Source: the human T2T-CHM13v2.0 reference genome, Homo sapiens
Direction: 5' to 3' (one strand)
Assembly (NCBI RefSeq): GCF_009914755.1
Contig: NC_060928.1
Length of the DNA: 64,000 bases
The notes below the pieces were generated by a model, which worked only from the letters and a program-made list of their open reading frames with translations, was not told where the DNA came from and ran no database searches. A program made the position numbers and the translations under genes. Below, in pieces: positions 30,421 through 53,088 of the stretch. How positions within the stretch are numbered: the stretch's first letter is position 1; each line of letters starts with the position of its first letter.

Positions 30421-31330
30421 ATATTATTGCAAATCATAATACAATTAGGGAAATGTTCTCCCCAAGAATAAACTTTGACTGTAAATTTAGTAAAACCACA
30501 CATCAAATTAGTTAATAAAGAACTTATCACAGTGATAAACACATAGGGAACACTTAATAAATAATAGCTATTCAGAGTTCATTGAAAAATAATTTCTGAT
30601 ACCATATTAAAAATAAATGATTAAAACAAATATTAAAATATGAATGCGAAGTAACGGGTATTGTTATTTAATGTTTATCATAAGGATCATACCTAATGAC
30701 AGCTTAAATGGACAGAAGAAAAATCCAAACAGAAGACTCATTCAGTTTCTATCAGTGTTTTGTAATAGAAAAAACATTAGCAAGAGACTCGGATGATTTT
30801 GTGTGACCGTATGTAAAGAATTTACGCATTCTGAGCCTAGTTTGTTCATGAATAAAACAAAAACCCAGGCTTGTTTATTGCAAAGGTCCTTTCAGCCCTA
30901 AAATTATTTGATGCTGCAAAAATAATTTCAAATAGTCACCATTCAGCTCAAGACAGAGAACGTTGCTCAGAATGCTGAATCTCTGCCACATGCCCTCAAA
31001 GATTGCATTTCCCTCCCTTCTTCACAGAGATGTCCACAATTCTAAATGTTTTATTGAATGAATGCATGCACTTCCAAGTAAAATGTTGTTCACTTTTGTG
31101 CTCGAACCTTCAAAAATTACATCATGCTGTGTAAAATTTCTGAGTTAATTTTTTACTTATGCTTATGAGATTCATACATTTGGATGTGTACTAATGATGG
31201 GATTTGAACATCTGTATTCATGAATGAGGTAACTCTGTATTTTTCTGGGTATAGGTGCTTGCTATAGAATGAAGTTATAATTTAGTACCAAAACCTTGCC
31301 TGGTTTTGGTACTAAAGTTTATACTGTGTT

Positions 31331-31668
31331 TAGTCGGCCCTCCTGGCTGTTGGTTACACATGAGTGGATTCAACCAACTGAAAATTTAAAATATTTGAAA
31401 AAATAAGACTTACATCTCTACTGAACATATACAGGCTATTTTTCTCCTCATTATTCCCTGAATAATACAGTATAACAATTGTTTGCATAGCATTTATACT
31501 GTATTCAGGATTATAAGTAATCTAGAGATAGATTTAAAGTATACAAAAGGATGTGCATATGTAATATGCAAATATTATACCATTTTACATCATGGACTTA
31601 AGCACCTGTGGATTTTGGTGCCCGCAGGAGGTCCCGGAACCAAACCCTATGAATAATGAGGTACTACT
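31331..31668 (-). mobile_element. MER2 (TcMar-Tigger) element
   Basis: ggattcaaccaac...gtataacaattgtttgcatagcatttatactgtattcaggattataagtaatctagagat...ggtcccggaaccaa. Confidence 0.85.
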
Positions 31669-31681
31669 ATGTGTGTGTGTG

Positions 31682-31733
<52 letters not shown>

Positions 31734-31736
31734 TGT
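31669..31736. repeat. Compound (TG)n(TA)n(TG)n microsatellite
   Basis: Seen directly. Confidence 0.95.
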
Positions 31737-31932
31737 GATATATTTGAATATATGTTGTATATAACATTTATAATTTACATACAGATATGCTTATATAAAA
31801 TGAGGTAGAAAATGTTTTGTCATTTTATATTTTCTAAAAGAATTTTTATGTATTTGATCATATCCCTAAGTGTTTGGTAGAACTCACCTAAAAATCAGTC
31901 AGGTGTGGTGTTCTCTTGGTAGGAAAATTTTT

Positions 31933-32835
31933 GGAGGAGCCAAGATGGCCGAATAGGAACAGCTCCGGTCTACAGCTCCCAGCGTGAGCGAGGCAGAAGA
32001 CGGGTGATTTCTGCATTTCCATCTGAGGTACCGGGTTCATCTCACTAGGGAGTGCCAGACAGTGGGCGCAGGCCAGTGGGTGCACCCACCGTGTGCGAGC
32101 CGAAGCAGGGCGAGGCATTGCCTCACTTGGGAAGCGCAAGGGGTCAGGGAGTTCCCTTTCCGAGTCAAAGAAAGGGGTGACGGACGCACCTGCAAAATCG
32201 GGTCACTCCCACCCAAATATTGCGCTTTTCAGACCGGCTTAAAAAACGGCGCACCACGAGATTATATCCCACACCTGGCTCAGAGGGTCCTACGCCCATG
32301 GAATCTCGCTGATTGCTAGCACAGCAGTCTGAGATCAAACTGCAAGGCGGCAGCGAGGCTGGGGGAGGGGCGCCCGCCATTGCCCAGGCTTGCTGAGGTA
32401 AACAAAGCAGCCTGGAAGCTCGAACTGGGTGGAGCCCACCACAGCTCAAGGAGGCCTGCCTGCCTCTGTAGGCTCCACCTCTGGGGGCAGGGCACAGACA
32501 AACAAAAAGACAGCAGTAACCTCTGCAGACTTAAATATCCCTGTCTGACAGCTTTGAAGAGAGCAGTGGTTCTCCCAGCACGCAGCTGGAGATCTGAGAA
32601 CCCGCAGACTGCCTCCTCAAGTGGGTCCCTGACCCCTGACCCCCGAGCAGCCTAACTGGGAGGCACCCCCCAGCAGGGGCACACTGACACCTCACACGGC
32701 AGGGTATTCCAACAGATCTGCAGCTGAGGGTCCTGTCTGTTAGAAGGACAACTAACAAACAGAAAGGACATCCACACCAAAAACCCATCTGTACATCACC
32801 ATCATCAAAGACCAAAAGTAGATAAAACCACAAAG
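31933..32835 (+). promoter_or_regulatory. L1 5'UTR internal sense and antisense promoter, with intact YY1 site (caagatggcc, 31941-31950)
   Basis: Complete CpG-rich 5'UTR; short length consistent with the form lacking the 129-bp ZNF93-binding segment. Confidence 0.85.
32165..32380 (-). CDS. ORF0: L1 antisense ORF0, intact, 71 aa
   Basis: MAGAPPPASLPPCSLISDCCASNQRDSMGVGPSEPGVGYNLVVRRFLSRSEKRNIWVGVTRFCRCVRHPFL; ATG at 32380-32378, 216 nt including stop. Confidence 0.85.
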   Translation of the reverse strand: MAGAPPPASLPPCSLISDCCASNQRDSMGVGPSEPGVGYNLVVRRFLSRSEKRNIWVGVTRFCRCVRHPFL

Positions 32836-33852
32836 ATGGGGAAAAAACAGAACAGAAAAACTGGAAACTCTAAAACGCAGAGCGCCTCTCCTCCTCCAAA
32901 GGAACGCAGTTCCTCACCAGCAACGGAACAAAGCTGGATGGAGAATGACTTTGACAAGCTGAGAGAAGAAGGCTTCAGACGATCAAATTACTCTGAGCTA
33001 TGGGAGGACATTCAAACCAAAGGCAAAGAAGTTGAAAACTTTGAAAAAAATTTAGAAGAATGTATAACTAGAATAACCAATACAGAGAAGTGCTTAAAGG
33101 AGCTGATGGAGCTGAAAACCAAGGCTCGAGAACTACGTGAAGAATGCAGAAGCCTCAGGAGCCAATGCGATCAACTGGAAGAAAGGGTATCAGCGATGGA
33201 AGATGAAATGAATGCAATGAAGCGAGAAGGGAAGTTTAGAGAAAAAAGAATAAAAAGAAATGGGCAAAGCCTCCAAGAAATATGGGACTATGTGAAAAGA
33301 CCAAATCTACGTCTGATTGGTGTACCTGAAAGTGATGGGGAGAATGGAACCAAGTTGGAAAACACTCTGCAGGATATTATCCTGGAGAACTTCCCCAATC
33401 TAGCAAGGCAGGCCAACGTTCAGATTCAGGAAATACAGAGAATGCCACAAAGATACTCCTCGAGAAGAGCAACTCCAAGACACATAATTGTCAGATTCAC
33501 CAAAGTTGAAATGAAGGAAAAAATGTTAAGGGCAGCATGAGAGAAAGGTTGGGTTACCCTCAAAGGGAAGCCCATCAGATTAACAGTGGATCTCTTGGCA
33601 GAAACCCTACAAGCCAGAAGAGAGTGGGGGCCAATATTCAACATTCTTAAAAAAAAGAATTTTCAACCCAGAATTTCATATCCAGCCAAACTAAGCTTCA
33701 TAAGCAAAGGAGAAATAAAATACTTTACAGACAAGCAAATGCTGACCGATTTTGTCACCACCAGGCCTGCCCTAAAAGAGCTCCTGAAGGAAGCGCGAAA
33801 CATGGAAAGGAACAACCGGTACCAGCCGCTGCAAAATCGTGCCAAAATGTAA
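32836..33852 (+). pseudogene. ORF1: L1 ORF1 with premature stop after residue 234
   Basis: MGKKQNRKTGNSK...; GCA TGA at 33535-33540 in place of GCC AGA; reading frame resumes to ...QNRAKM*. Confidence 0.93.
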
Positions 33853-33915
33853 AGACCATCGAGACTAGGAAGAAACTGCATCAACTAATGAGCAAAATCA
33901 CCAGCTAACATCATA

Positions 33916-37742
<3,827 letters not shown>

Positions 37743-40700
37743 ACAATGAGATCACATGGACACAGGAAGGGGAATATCACACTCTGGGGACTGTGGTGGG
37801 GTGGGGGGAGGGGGGAGGGATAGCATTGGGAGATATACCTAATGCTAGATGACGAGTTAGTGGGTGCAGTGCACCAGCATGGCACATGTATACATATGTA
37901 ACTAACCTGCACAATGTGCACATGTACCCTAAAACTTAAAGTATAATAAAAAAAAAAAGAAAATTTTTAAATACTGATTTAACTTCTACACTAATTAGAG
38001 TTATTGGATATTCTCATTTTACTTGAGTCATTTTTTGGTATGTTATTTTTTCTAGTAATTTTGTTTATTTAATTAAGTTTTTGTATTTGTTATTCAAATT
38101 GTTCATCTTATTTTTTTATAATGCTTCCAACTACAGAATGAGATGCCAATGTCTTTGTTCAGATACCACTCACTTTATTTTCTTGGGCATTTTCCTTATG
38201 TGGCTTCATTGTATAACAAGCACCTATACCCTTTAAGGAAATGGAAAACCAGTAAATTACTATTCAATTCACAAGCCTGATGACTTCTATGTACATAGCT
38301 CTCACTCTTCTCATTGTGTCTGGCAGGAAGGTGGTGGAATATTGATGGGAGCCTGTCCAGTATTCACTAAGGACAGCTAGGAGGTGGCTTTTCCCAACTA
38401 TAGGCTGATTGATGCTTCTTTTGGAAAAGGTGGATCTTCTGTTCTCAGACTTAGGCCTTAGTCAATTAAGGAATAATAGTAAAAATTAGATTGGGCAGCC
38501 AATGATTGCCTCAATTATTAGAAGGGGCTAGTAACTGAACAATATTACTAGTTCCTAGCCTTTCATTCATCAAAGCACACATTTGTTCCTTCTAGAAGAA
38601 AGTTATTTCTATAGCTTTGACATAAAACATTCAGTTTCTCTACCATACAGCTAAAGTTCCAACTCCTCAGGATGCAATTTGTCTTCCACAAGCTATTCCC
38701 AATTTGCCTCCTCTGTCTTATCCCTCAGCCAACCCTCCCAAACCTGAAGGTTCTACTTTCCCAAGCTATATATACAGTATCCTAATGCTTCCCATATCTG
38801 TGTTTTTCTAAAGCTATTTGCTTTCAGACTGTCCTTGCTCTTTTCTATCCCCCAAAACCCACTTACTGAAAATGTTCACTGCTTTCAAAGACTGGGCCTA
38901 ATTCTACTTTTGACATGAATGTCCATCATCCCTATAAGAATTAATAATATTTCACATGAATCATCCTCTTTGTGATTAGTTTTTCTCCCTTATATCACTA
39001 CTTCTAATTAATATTTGCTGAAGAAATAAATACAAATTTTCTTCCAATGAAATATCTGAAATAACATATATTTACATAAGAAATATGTAAATATACAATG
39101 TATGTAAATACAAAATATGTAAAAATACATGAAATAACATATATAATACATATCTGAGATCCCTGAGGTAGAAATTATGACATATTCACCTATAATTCCT
39201 CAAAAAGAATAAAACAGTATGATTTAAATAGTAAATATTAAACATGATGTCCAATAAATTAGATTGAAAACTAGAATTGGTGAATAAAGAAGAAACATGA
39301 GACAGTGAGGAAGTCACTGATGTTATAATGATATTAGTAATTTCTCATTTTGCCTCTACTTCCATTTTTAAATGAAAATAGTACTCAGGACCTTTCCAGG
39401 AAAAATACAAACAAAAACTAAGGTTATGGGAACATTTCTGATGGCACTCTGAGGATCATTCCTGCATGCTTAGAGGAATCTCCCATTTCGTAAGAACACT
39501 GGTATAACCTTAAGGTGGGTTATCTTCTCTCCCAGGAGACAGGGCAGGAAACTCAGGTGTACTTTGTTGCCACTTGCATTTCTCTCTTCTGACTGGGTGA
39601 CAGTGTGAATTTGAGTTAGGTCTGGGAAGGTGGTGGGTGACAATTGCAAACTAGGCCTTTCAATCTTTCAACCACATCTCTGACCTTTCAAATTTGGAAA
39701 TGTGCTTTCTTCCTACCCGCCAAATGGCCTCTTTTTGACTGATTTATGTTGGATTTACTTCCATTCAAATTGAATTTTTATTTTTCATTGAGCACATGAC
39801 CTAAAGTAGATTCCTCAGAAAAGGCTGGAGGAATTAAATGTCAGCTGAATGAATTTATGTTTTCCTTATTTGCATTCTACCTAATTATCTTTTTTATATG
39901 CTGCCTTAAAATTGTATATTTTTAAAAATTCTTGAAAATTAAAGTTTTTATTTTCTTCTCAATTATCTTCAGTGTTGAGTTCCTCTTTTATTTTAGTATG
40001 TGATGATTTCTTATACATGTATGAAGTACATTTGATGATAAAGAGATGATAAAAAGAGGAAGATAGGAAGTATGTAAGGAAGAAAAAAAGGAAGAAGAAA
40101 TCTAAGGGGGATTCAAATATACTTAATTATATCTAGGGAACTGATGTGATCAGTTCAACAAAAATGTGTTTTTATAAGAACAAATGCGCATCCTGAGAGA
40201 GAAACCATCTGGAGATGAAAATGAACCACCAAGACATGATGACTTTGATCTGGTAAGAATGCATCAATGTAGAAGTAATACACATTGTTCCTCAATGTAG
40301 AGAGGAACAAAGCATGATTTCTGTTACCCAGTTTTGTTTCCTAGCCCAGACTTCAAAGATTGTGGTTGAGTTCTATGAAAAGCAAAGAGACTATAAATAA
40401 AACTTGAAGTAATTTCTCAACTAACAACACTATGCAACATTAGGAGTAAAAACAGCTATCTTAGGAGCCTTCAGGTGGTATATCATTCACATTGCACCTT
40501 GCTGTCAATCATAGGGTAGTTTTAGCATTATGAAGATCCTTTAAGGCAGTGAAAATAATCAGGGAAACATGGAAAACACCCATCAGAAGATAGCAGTGTA
40601 CCAGCAGAGAGGCAGTAGTGCCCAAAAGACTGGAAAGGAGCCCAGTGAATTCTGGTTGAAAGGCATTACCACCCACTGGAGCCCTTAGAAACTGTGTTCC

Positions 40701-41079
40701 AGGAATTAATTGCAGTGGCCAGGAATAAATGAGTGCCAGCAGTAATGGCATAGTGCCCAAAATGGTTGGACTCATTCCTCAGTACATTTGATTCACCCTG
40801 TCAGGATTTCCAGATTACTTGACATGGCATTTAGTATGAAATCCTATATGAACAAATGAAAACTCCCACCCGAATTGATGAGACCCCATCAGTATTCTGA
40901 AGCAGATGAAGTCAGAGGAAATTCCATTTACCTACCACCAGCCATCCAACAGCAAAACTGCTAGAGAACAAATCTTTGTGCTTTCCTTTCACTTGATAAG
41001 CATGAAGTTAGAAATATCAGTAGATAAAATAAAAACTGTTAGAAAACTTCAGATCATTTCCTGAAAAATCTATATTTTA

Positions 41080-41159
41080 TTACGTTGGTGCAAACATAAT
41101 TGTGGTTTGTGCAACTACTTTTAATGGCAAAAACTGCAATTACTTTTGCACCAACCTAA
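41080..41159. mobile_element. MADE1 (Hsmar1-derived MITE), full 80 bp
   Basis: ttacgttggtgcaaacataattg...caattacttttgcaccaacctaa inverted termini, TA TSD on both sides. Confidence 0.92.
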
Positions 41160-41178
41160 TAAATTCATTGTATTTCTT

Positions 41179-41395
41179 TTCTTTTCTTCTATTGTTTTAT
41201 AGACAAGGTCTTAATCTGTCACCTAGGATGCAGTACAGTGGCACAATCACAGCTCACTATAGCCTCAACCTCCTGGGCTCAAGTGATCCTCCTACCTCAC
41301 CCTCCCGAGTAGTTGAGACCACAGGTATGTGCCACCATGTCTGGCTAATTTTTAATTTTGTGTAGAGATGGGGGTCTCCCTGTGTTGCCCAGGCT
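41179..41395 (-). mobile_element. 5'-truncated AluJ
   Basis: J-type acagctcactatagcctcaacctcctgggctcaagtgatcctc; TSD tcattgtatttctt at 41165-41178 and 41395-41408. Confidence 0.88.
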
Positions 41396-41547
41396 CATTG
41401 TATTTCTTAAAACTGCAACTTCATGCTGCAAGACACAGACTTTTTAAAAATAGCCAAATTCAACACTTTTAAAAGACATAAGCTCAGTTTGGGTTTTTTT
41501 TTTTTTTTTTGTCATTTTAAATCTTTAACTACAATTATGTTCCTTTT

Positions 41548-42444
<897 letters not shown>

Positions 42445-42542
42445 TGAAGAACACAAAACTCATTAATATAAGCTTTTATTTTAAGTACTTACTGCCATAC
42501 TTCAAAATATCGTTTAACTCTATTCCAAAAATGTTGATATTT

Positions 42543-43219
<677 letters not shown>

Positions 43220-43229
43220 TGGACACAAG

Positions 43230-44300
43230 TATTTTTGTTATTATCCAGTTATAAGTGTCTCAAATTTCTAGTAAGAATTGTTTCTCTGACTCATGTGCTA
43301 TTTATGTTTCTTTTTCCCAGTCATTTGAAAGGTCTTTTAACTTCTAACTTAATTTGTCTTGTACCCATAGAATGTGTCCTTTGAAATCTCTCTATATAGT
43401 TTTTATGGTGCTTGCTGAAGAATGGATATTCTATAATTGTTGAGTGTTGAGTTCTAAGTTCACTAAAAATGCATGTTGTGTTGCTCAGATGAAATATCAC
43501 ATAATGCAAGAGGTATTTAAATATCCCCTTATAATAGTGAATTGTAAATTTATCTTTATACTTATATTGTTTTGCCTTATATATTTGAAACTATTTCATC
43601 AAGTATATACAGGTTTTGATGAGTCTTTTGAAAACAGCTATTGCTGAATGTTGGCATTTCATGCAATCTGGAAATATCAGTATTTTAAGCAGTGAGTTCA
43701 GTATTTAGTTTATTTACATTTATTGTGATTATTAAAACATTTGTACTTTTCTTTCTTATTTTGTGTTTTCTGTCTATTCCATCTTTTTATTTTACCTTTT
43801 TCTCATTTCTTCATTCTTTGATATTGATTGCATTGATTTTTATATTACATTAAAATTAGTAGTAACATGTTTTGGGGGGTATTTTTGAAAATTTAACTTA
43901 TATTCCTAATGTAAAAAGAGCCCCTTGATTATCTCTCCTGTTAAATAAATTCAAAACCTTAGAATATTTTAACTTTAATTGCTATTCCAACTGACTTTAC
44001 ATTATTGTCTAATATCTTGGTTCTCTCTTGCTTTCTTGGTAATTTTAATGTCACATATTGGAAATTATTACTTTGAATATAATATTTGTCTATATTTATT
44101 ACACACCAAAATCTTTGCATGTTATTATTTTTTACTTCAGATTTTTTAGGATCATTGTCCTTTTTATTATATACATACTTTAGAAGAAGTTCTTTTAATA
44201 AGAGTAAGTTTATAATAAACTCTCTCTGGTATTACTGAAAAAAATATACTGTTATTGTCCACATTCTCTAAATATTTCTCCTAGATTTAAACTTATTGGT
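43230..44300 (-). mobile_element. Decayed L1ME-type remnants
   Basis: T-rich antisense L1 motifs (cttctaacttaatt, tttacatttattgtgattatt). Confidence 0.5.
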
Positions 44301-47224
44301 GGGGTGAGATTCTTAGAGATTTCTTGTATTTTCCAGTGAGTTGATCAATGCATTTAAAAGTATGATCATTTAGAGTTGAAACTGATTTGCAGTGAAAGGC
44401 TTTTAGAATACTTTAGTCTGCTATAATTCTAGAAACAGTAGTTATTTCTACTATTTTTACCTATAAACATAATCAAGCTTATCAATGTTTGATATAGATT
44501 GATGGATATATCATCTCATATTTCATGAGTTCTAAAGTCACAAGTCATCTACATAATATGAGTTCCTGAGGAAAAAGAGGAATCTGCCACCTCAGAGTTG
44601 GGAGAGATACCTCTATGTGTGCATTTTTGTGTGTAACATATTGATATACAGTCAACATATGTCAATTAAGCCACTCTGTGATTTATATTATCTAGTTCAA
44701 TGAAACAAAACTTAAAAAGGGACTCAGAGCCTGGAAAAGATTACTGTAGAAAAATCACAGATTGACAATTAAACTAACAATACAAGCATAGAAAACAATT
44801 AAAAGTAGGAGAGCTGGCAGTTCTATTCCTAGCATGAGGGCTTTTTTGGCCACTGTACAAGATAAAAATAATGACAGTTTAATCAGATCTGACAAGAAGT
44901 CAGCCAAGAACTTTAAAATTATCAAGAAGATGATTTTCCATAAAGAGTAACAATTATTGTTAAATATAAAACTGGCCTAATTGATTATTGCAGCTTTAAA
45001 TAATAAGCTAATATTAGATAAACACACCACAATTAGCAAATTATTTTTAAAATAAAACTTATTTCAAGGGGTGGGAAAAGATATTCCATGTAAATGAAAA
45101 CCAAAAAAGATCAGGAGTAGCTGTACTTATAAAATAGATTTCAAGACAAAAGTTATAAAAAGAGACAAAGAAAGTCATTATATAATGATAAAGAAGTCAA
45201 TTCAGTGACATGCTATAATAATTACAAATATATATGTACCCAATGATGGAGTACCCAGATATATAAAGCAAATATCACTAAAGAGATAGAGCCCAATACA
45301 ATAGCAGTTGAGAATTATTTTAACACCCCACTTTCAGTATTGGACAGATTATCTAGACAGAAAATAAACAAACAAACATCAGACTTAACCTGTACTATAG
45401 ACCAAATTGACCTAACAGACATTTATAGAACTGTTTATCCAACGGCTGCAGAATACACATTATTCTCATCAACACATGGAGCATGCTCCAGAATAGACCA
45501 TATGTTCAATCATAAAACAAGTTTCAACAAATAAAAAAATACACAAACAATATCAAGTATTTCTGACCACGATTTCTGACCACCATTATGGTCATAAATG
45601 CTTGATATGATTAGAAATCAATAACAAGAGGAACTTTGGAAAGTATACAAACACATGGAGATTAAGTAATATACTTATGAATGACCATTAGGTCAATGAA
45701 GAAATTAAGAAGAAAATTTTAAAAATCTTTAAACACGTGAAAATAGAAACACAATATATCAAAACTTATAGGATATTGCAGAAGTAGTGCTGAGAGGAAA
45801 GTTTATAGAAATAAATGCCTACATCAAAAAAGTAGAAAAATTTCAAATAAAATACCTAACAACGCATCTTACAGAATTAGAAAAGCAAGAGCAAATCAAA
45901 CACAAAATTAATAGAACAAAAGAAATAATAGAGATCAGAGTAGAAATAAATGAAATTGAGACTAAACAAATACAAAGCATCAACAAAATAAAGATATGAC
46001 TTTTTGAAAAGATAAACAAAAGTAACAAACCCTTAGCTAGACAAACTAAGAAAAAAAGAGAGAAGACCCAAATACATAAAATCAGAGATGAAACAGGAGA
46101 CTTTACAACTGATGCCACGTAAATTCAAAAGATAATTACAGATTATTATTAATAACTACATGCCAAATACCTAGAAGAAATGGATAAAATCCTAGACACA
46201 TAAAATCTACCAAGATTAAACCATAAAGAAATAGAAAACCCAAATAGATCAGTAACAAGTAATGACATAAAAGGAATAATAAAAAGTCTCCTATCAAAGC
46301 AAAACCCAGGACCTGATGGCTTCACTGCTAAACTCTGTCAAACATTTAAAGAGCTAATATCAATCCTACTCAAATTATTTCAAAAAAAAATAAGAAGGCG
46401 GTACTTCCAAACTCATTCAATGAGATCAGTATTACCCTGATAACCAAAACCAGAAAAAGGCATGACAAAAACAGAAAACTACAGGCCAATATCTCTGACT
46501 AACATAGATGCAAAAATCCTCAACAAAGTACTAGCAAACTGAATCCAACAACACATTAAAAAGATCATTCATTATGACCAAGTGGGATTTATCCCTGGGA
46601 TGCAAGGATGGCTCAACACATGGAAAACAATAGATGTGATACATCACGTCGACAGAATGAAGGACAAACCACATAATCATTTCAATAAATGCTTAAAAAG
46701 TATTTGATAAAATTCAACATCTCTTCATGATAAAAACTTTCAACAATTGTTTAGTACAGAACAGACATACCTCAACACAGTAAAGGCCACATCCAGTAAA
46801 GTCAGTATCATAGTGAATACAGAAAAACTGAAAGCCTTTCCTCTAAGATGTGGAACAAGGCAAGGATGCCCACTTACCACTTTTATTCAACATGGCACTG
46901 GAAGTCCTAGCTAGAAAAATTAAACAAGATAAAGAAATAAAAGTCATCCAAATTGGAAAAGAAAAATTCAAATTACTCTTCTTTGCAGGAAATATGGTCT
47001 TATATTTAGAAAAACCTGAAGACCCCACTGAAAAACTATTAGAAAACAAATTTATTAAAGCTACAGGATACAAAATAAACATACAAAAATCAATACTGTT
47101 TCTTTATGCCAATAGCAGACAATCTGAAAATGAAACCAAGAAAATAATCCCATTAATGATAGCTACAAATAAAATACCTGAAAATAAAGTTACCAAAGTA
47201 AAAAAAGCGCTTAACAATGAAAAC

Positions 47225-51622
<4,398 letters not shown>

Positions 51623-52457
51623 GAAATTAAAGCACACAAAAATTAAAAAATATTCTATGTTCATTGATCAAAAGAATCAATATTTTTTAAATGTTCATAC
51701 TTCCCAAAGTGAATTACATATTCAATGCAATCCCCATCAAAATAGCAATGACATTCATCACAGAAATAGAAAAAATAATCTGAAAATTCATGTGGAGCCA
51801 AAAAAGAGCCTGAATAGGGAAAGCAATCCTGAGAGGGGGAAAAGAAAAGCTGGAGGCATCATATTACCTGACTTTAAATTATACTAAAACTCTAATACTA
51901 AAAGTAAGCAAAATAGCATGGTACTGGCATAAAAGCAGACACATAAACCAAAAGAACAAAATAGAGAACCCAGAAATAAATCCACAGATTTACAATCAAC
52001 TCATTTTCAACAAAGGCATGAAGGACACACATTGGGGAAAGAGTCTCTTCAATAAATGGTGCTGGGCAAACTGGATATTCATATGTAGAAGAAGAAAACT
52101 AGACTCTTACCTCTCACTATATAAAAAATCAAATAAAAACGGATTAAAGATTTAAATCTAAGGCCTGAAACTATGAAACTACTAGAACAAAACATTGGGG
52201 AAAAGCCCCAGGACATTGGCCTAGGCAAAAATTTCCTAAGACCTCAAATGCACAGGCAACCAAAGCAAAAGTATATAAATAGGATAACAACAAAAACTTC
52301 TACACAGAAAAAAAAAAAATCAACACAGTAAAGAAACAACTGATAGAATGGAAGAAAATATTTGCAAACTACTCGTGTGACAAGGATTAATAACCAGAAT
52401 ATGAAAGGAGTTCAAACTAATTAGGAAAAACAAAAACAAAAAAAAAACATATAATTT

Positions 52458-52459
52458 TC

Positions 52460-52493
<34 letters not shown>

Positions 52494-52784
52494 GAGACGG
52501 AGTCTCGCACTGTTGCCCAGGCTGGAGTGCAGTGACACAATCTCGGCTCACTGCGGTTCACTGCAAGCTCCGCCTCCCAGGTTGATGCCATTCTCCTGCC
52601 TCAGCCTCCTGAGTAGCTGGGACTACAGGCACCTGCCACAACGCCCGGCTAATTTTTTGTATTTTTAGTAGACACAGGGTTTCACTGTGTTAGCCAGGAT
52701 GGTCTTGATATCCTGACCTCATGATCCACCTGCCTCGGCCTCCCAAAGTGCTGGGATTACAGGCGAGAGCCACCGCGCCCCGCC
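52458..52784 (-). mobile_element. AluY
   Basis: Long T tract; gcaagctccgcc, gccattctcc, ttagccaggatggtc; 10-bp internal duplication at 52544-52563. Confidence 0.92.
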
Positions 52785-53060
52785 GAGTCTCATTCTTACG
52801 CCCAGGCTGGAGTACAGTAGCATGATCTTGGCTCACTGCAACCTCCGCTCCCCGGGTTCAAGCGGTTCTCCTGCCTCAGCCTCCGGAGTAGCTGGGATCA
52901 CAGGTGTCCATCACCACGCCCAGCTAATTTTTGCATTTTGGGTAGAGACAGCGTTTTGCCATGTTGGCCCAGTTGGTCTCGAACTCCTGACCTCAGGTTA
53001 TCCACCCGCCTTGGCCTCCCAAAGTGCTAGGATTACATGTGTGAGCCACCACGCCCAGCC
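52785..53060 (-). mobile_element. AluS lacking its A tail, fused to the AluY
   Basis: Begins abruptly at gagtctc; S-type gaactcctgacctcaggt; 5' end cccagcc at 53060. Confidence 0.9.
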
Positions 53061-53088
53061 ATAATTTAATTTTTAAAACAGGCAGAAG

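Noticed and set aside
39520-40260. Plus-strand exon suggested by an acceptor-like tcttctctcccag and a donor-like ctg|gtaaga
   Set aside because: The sites do not pair into a convincing exon and there is no coding signal
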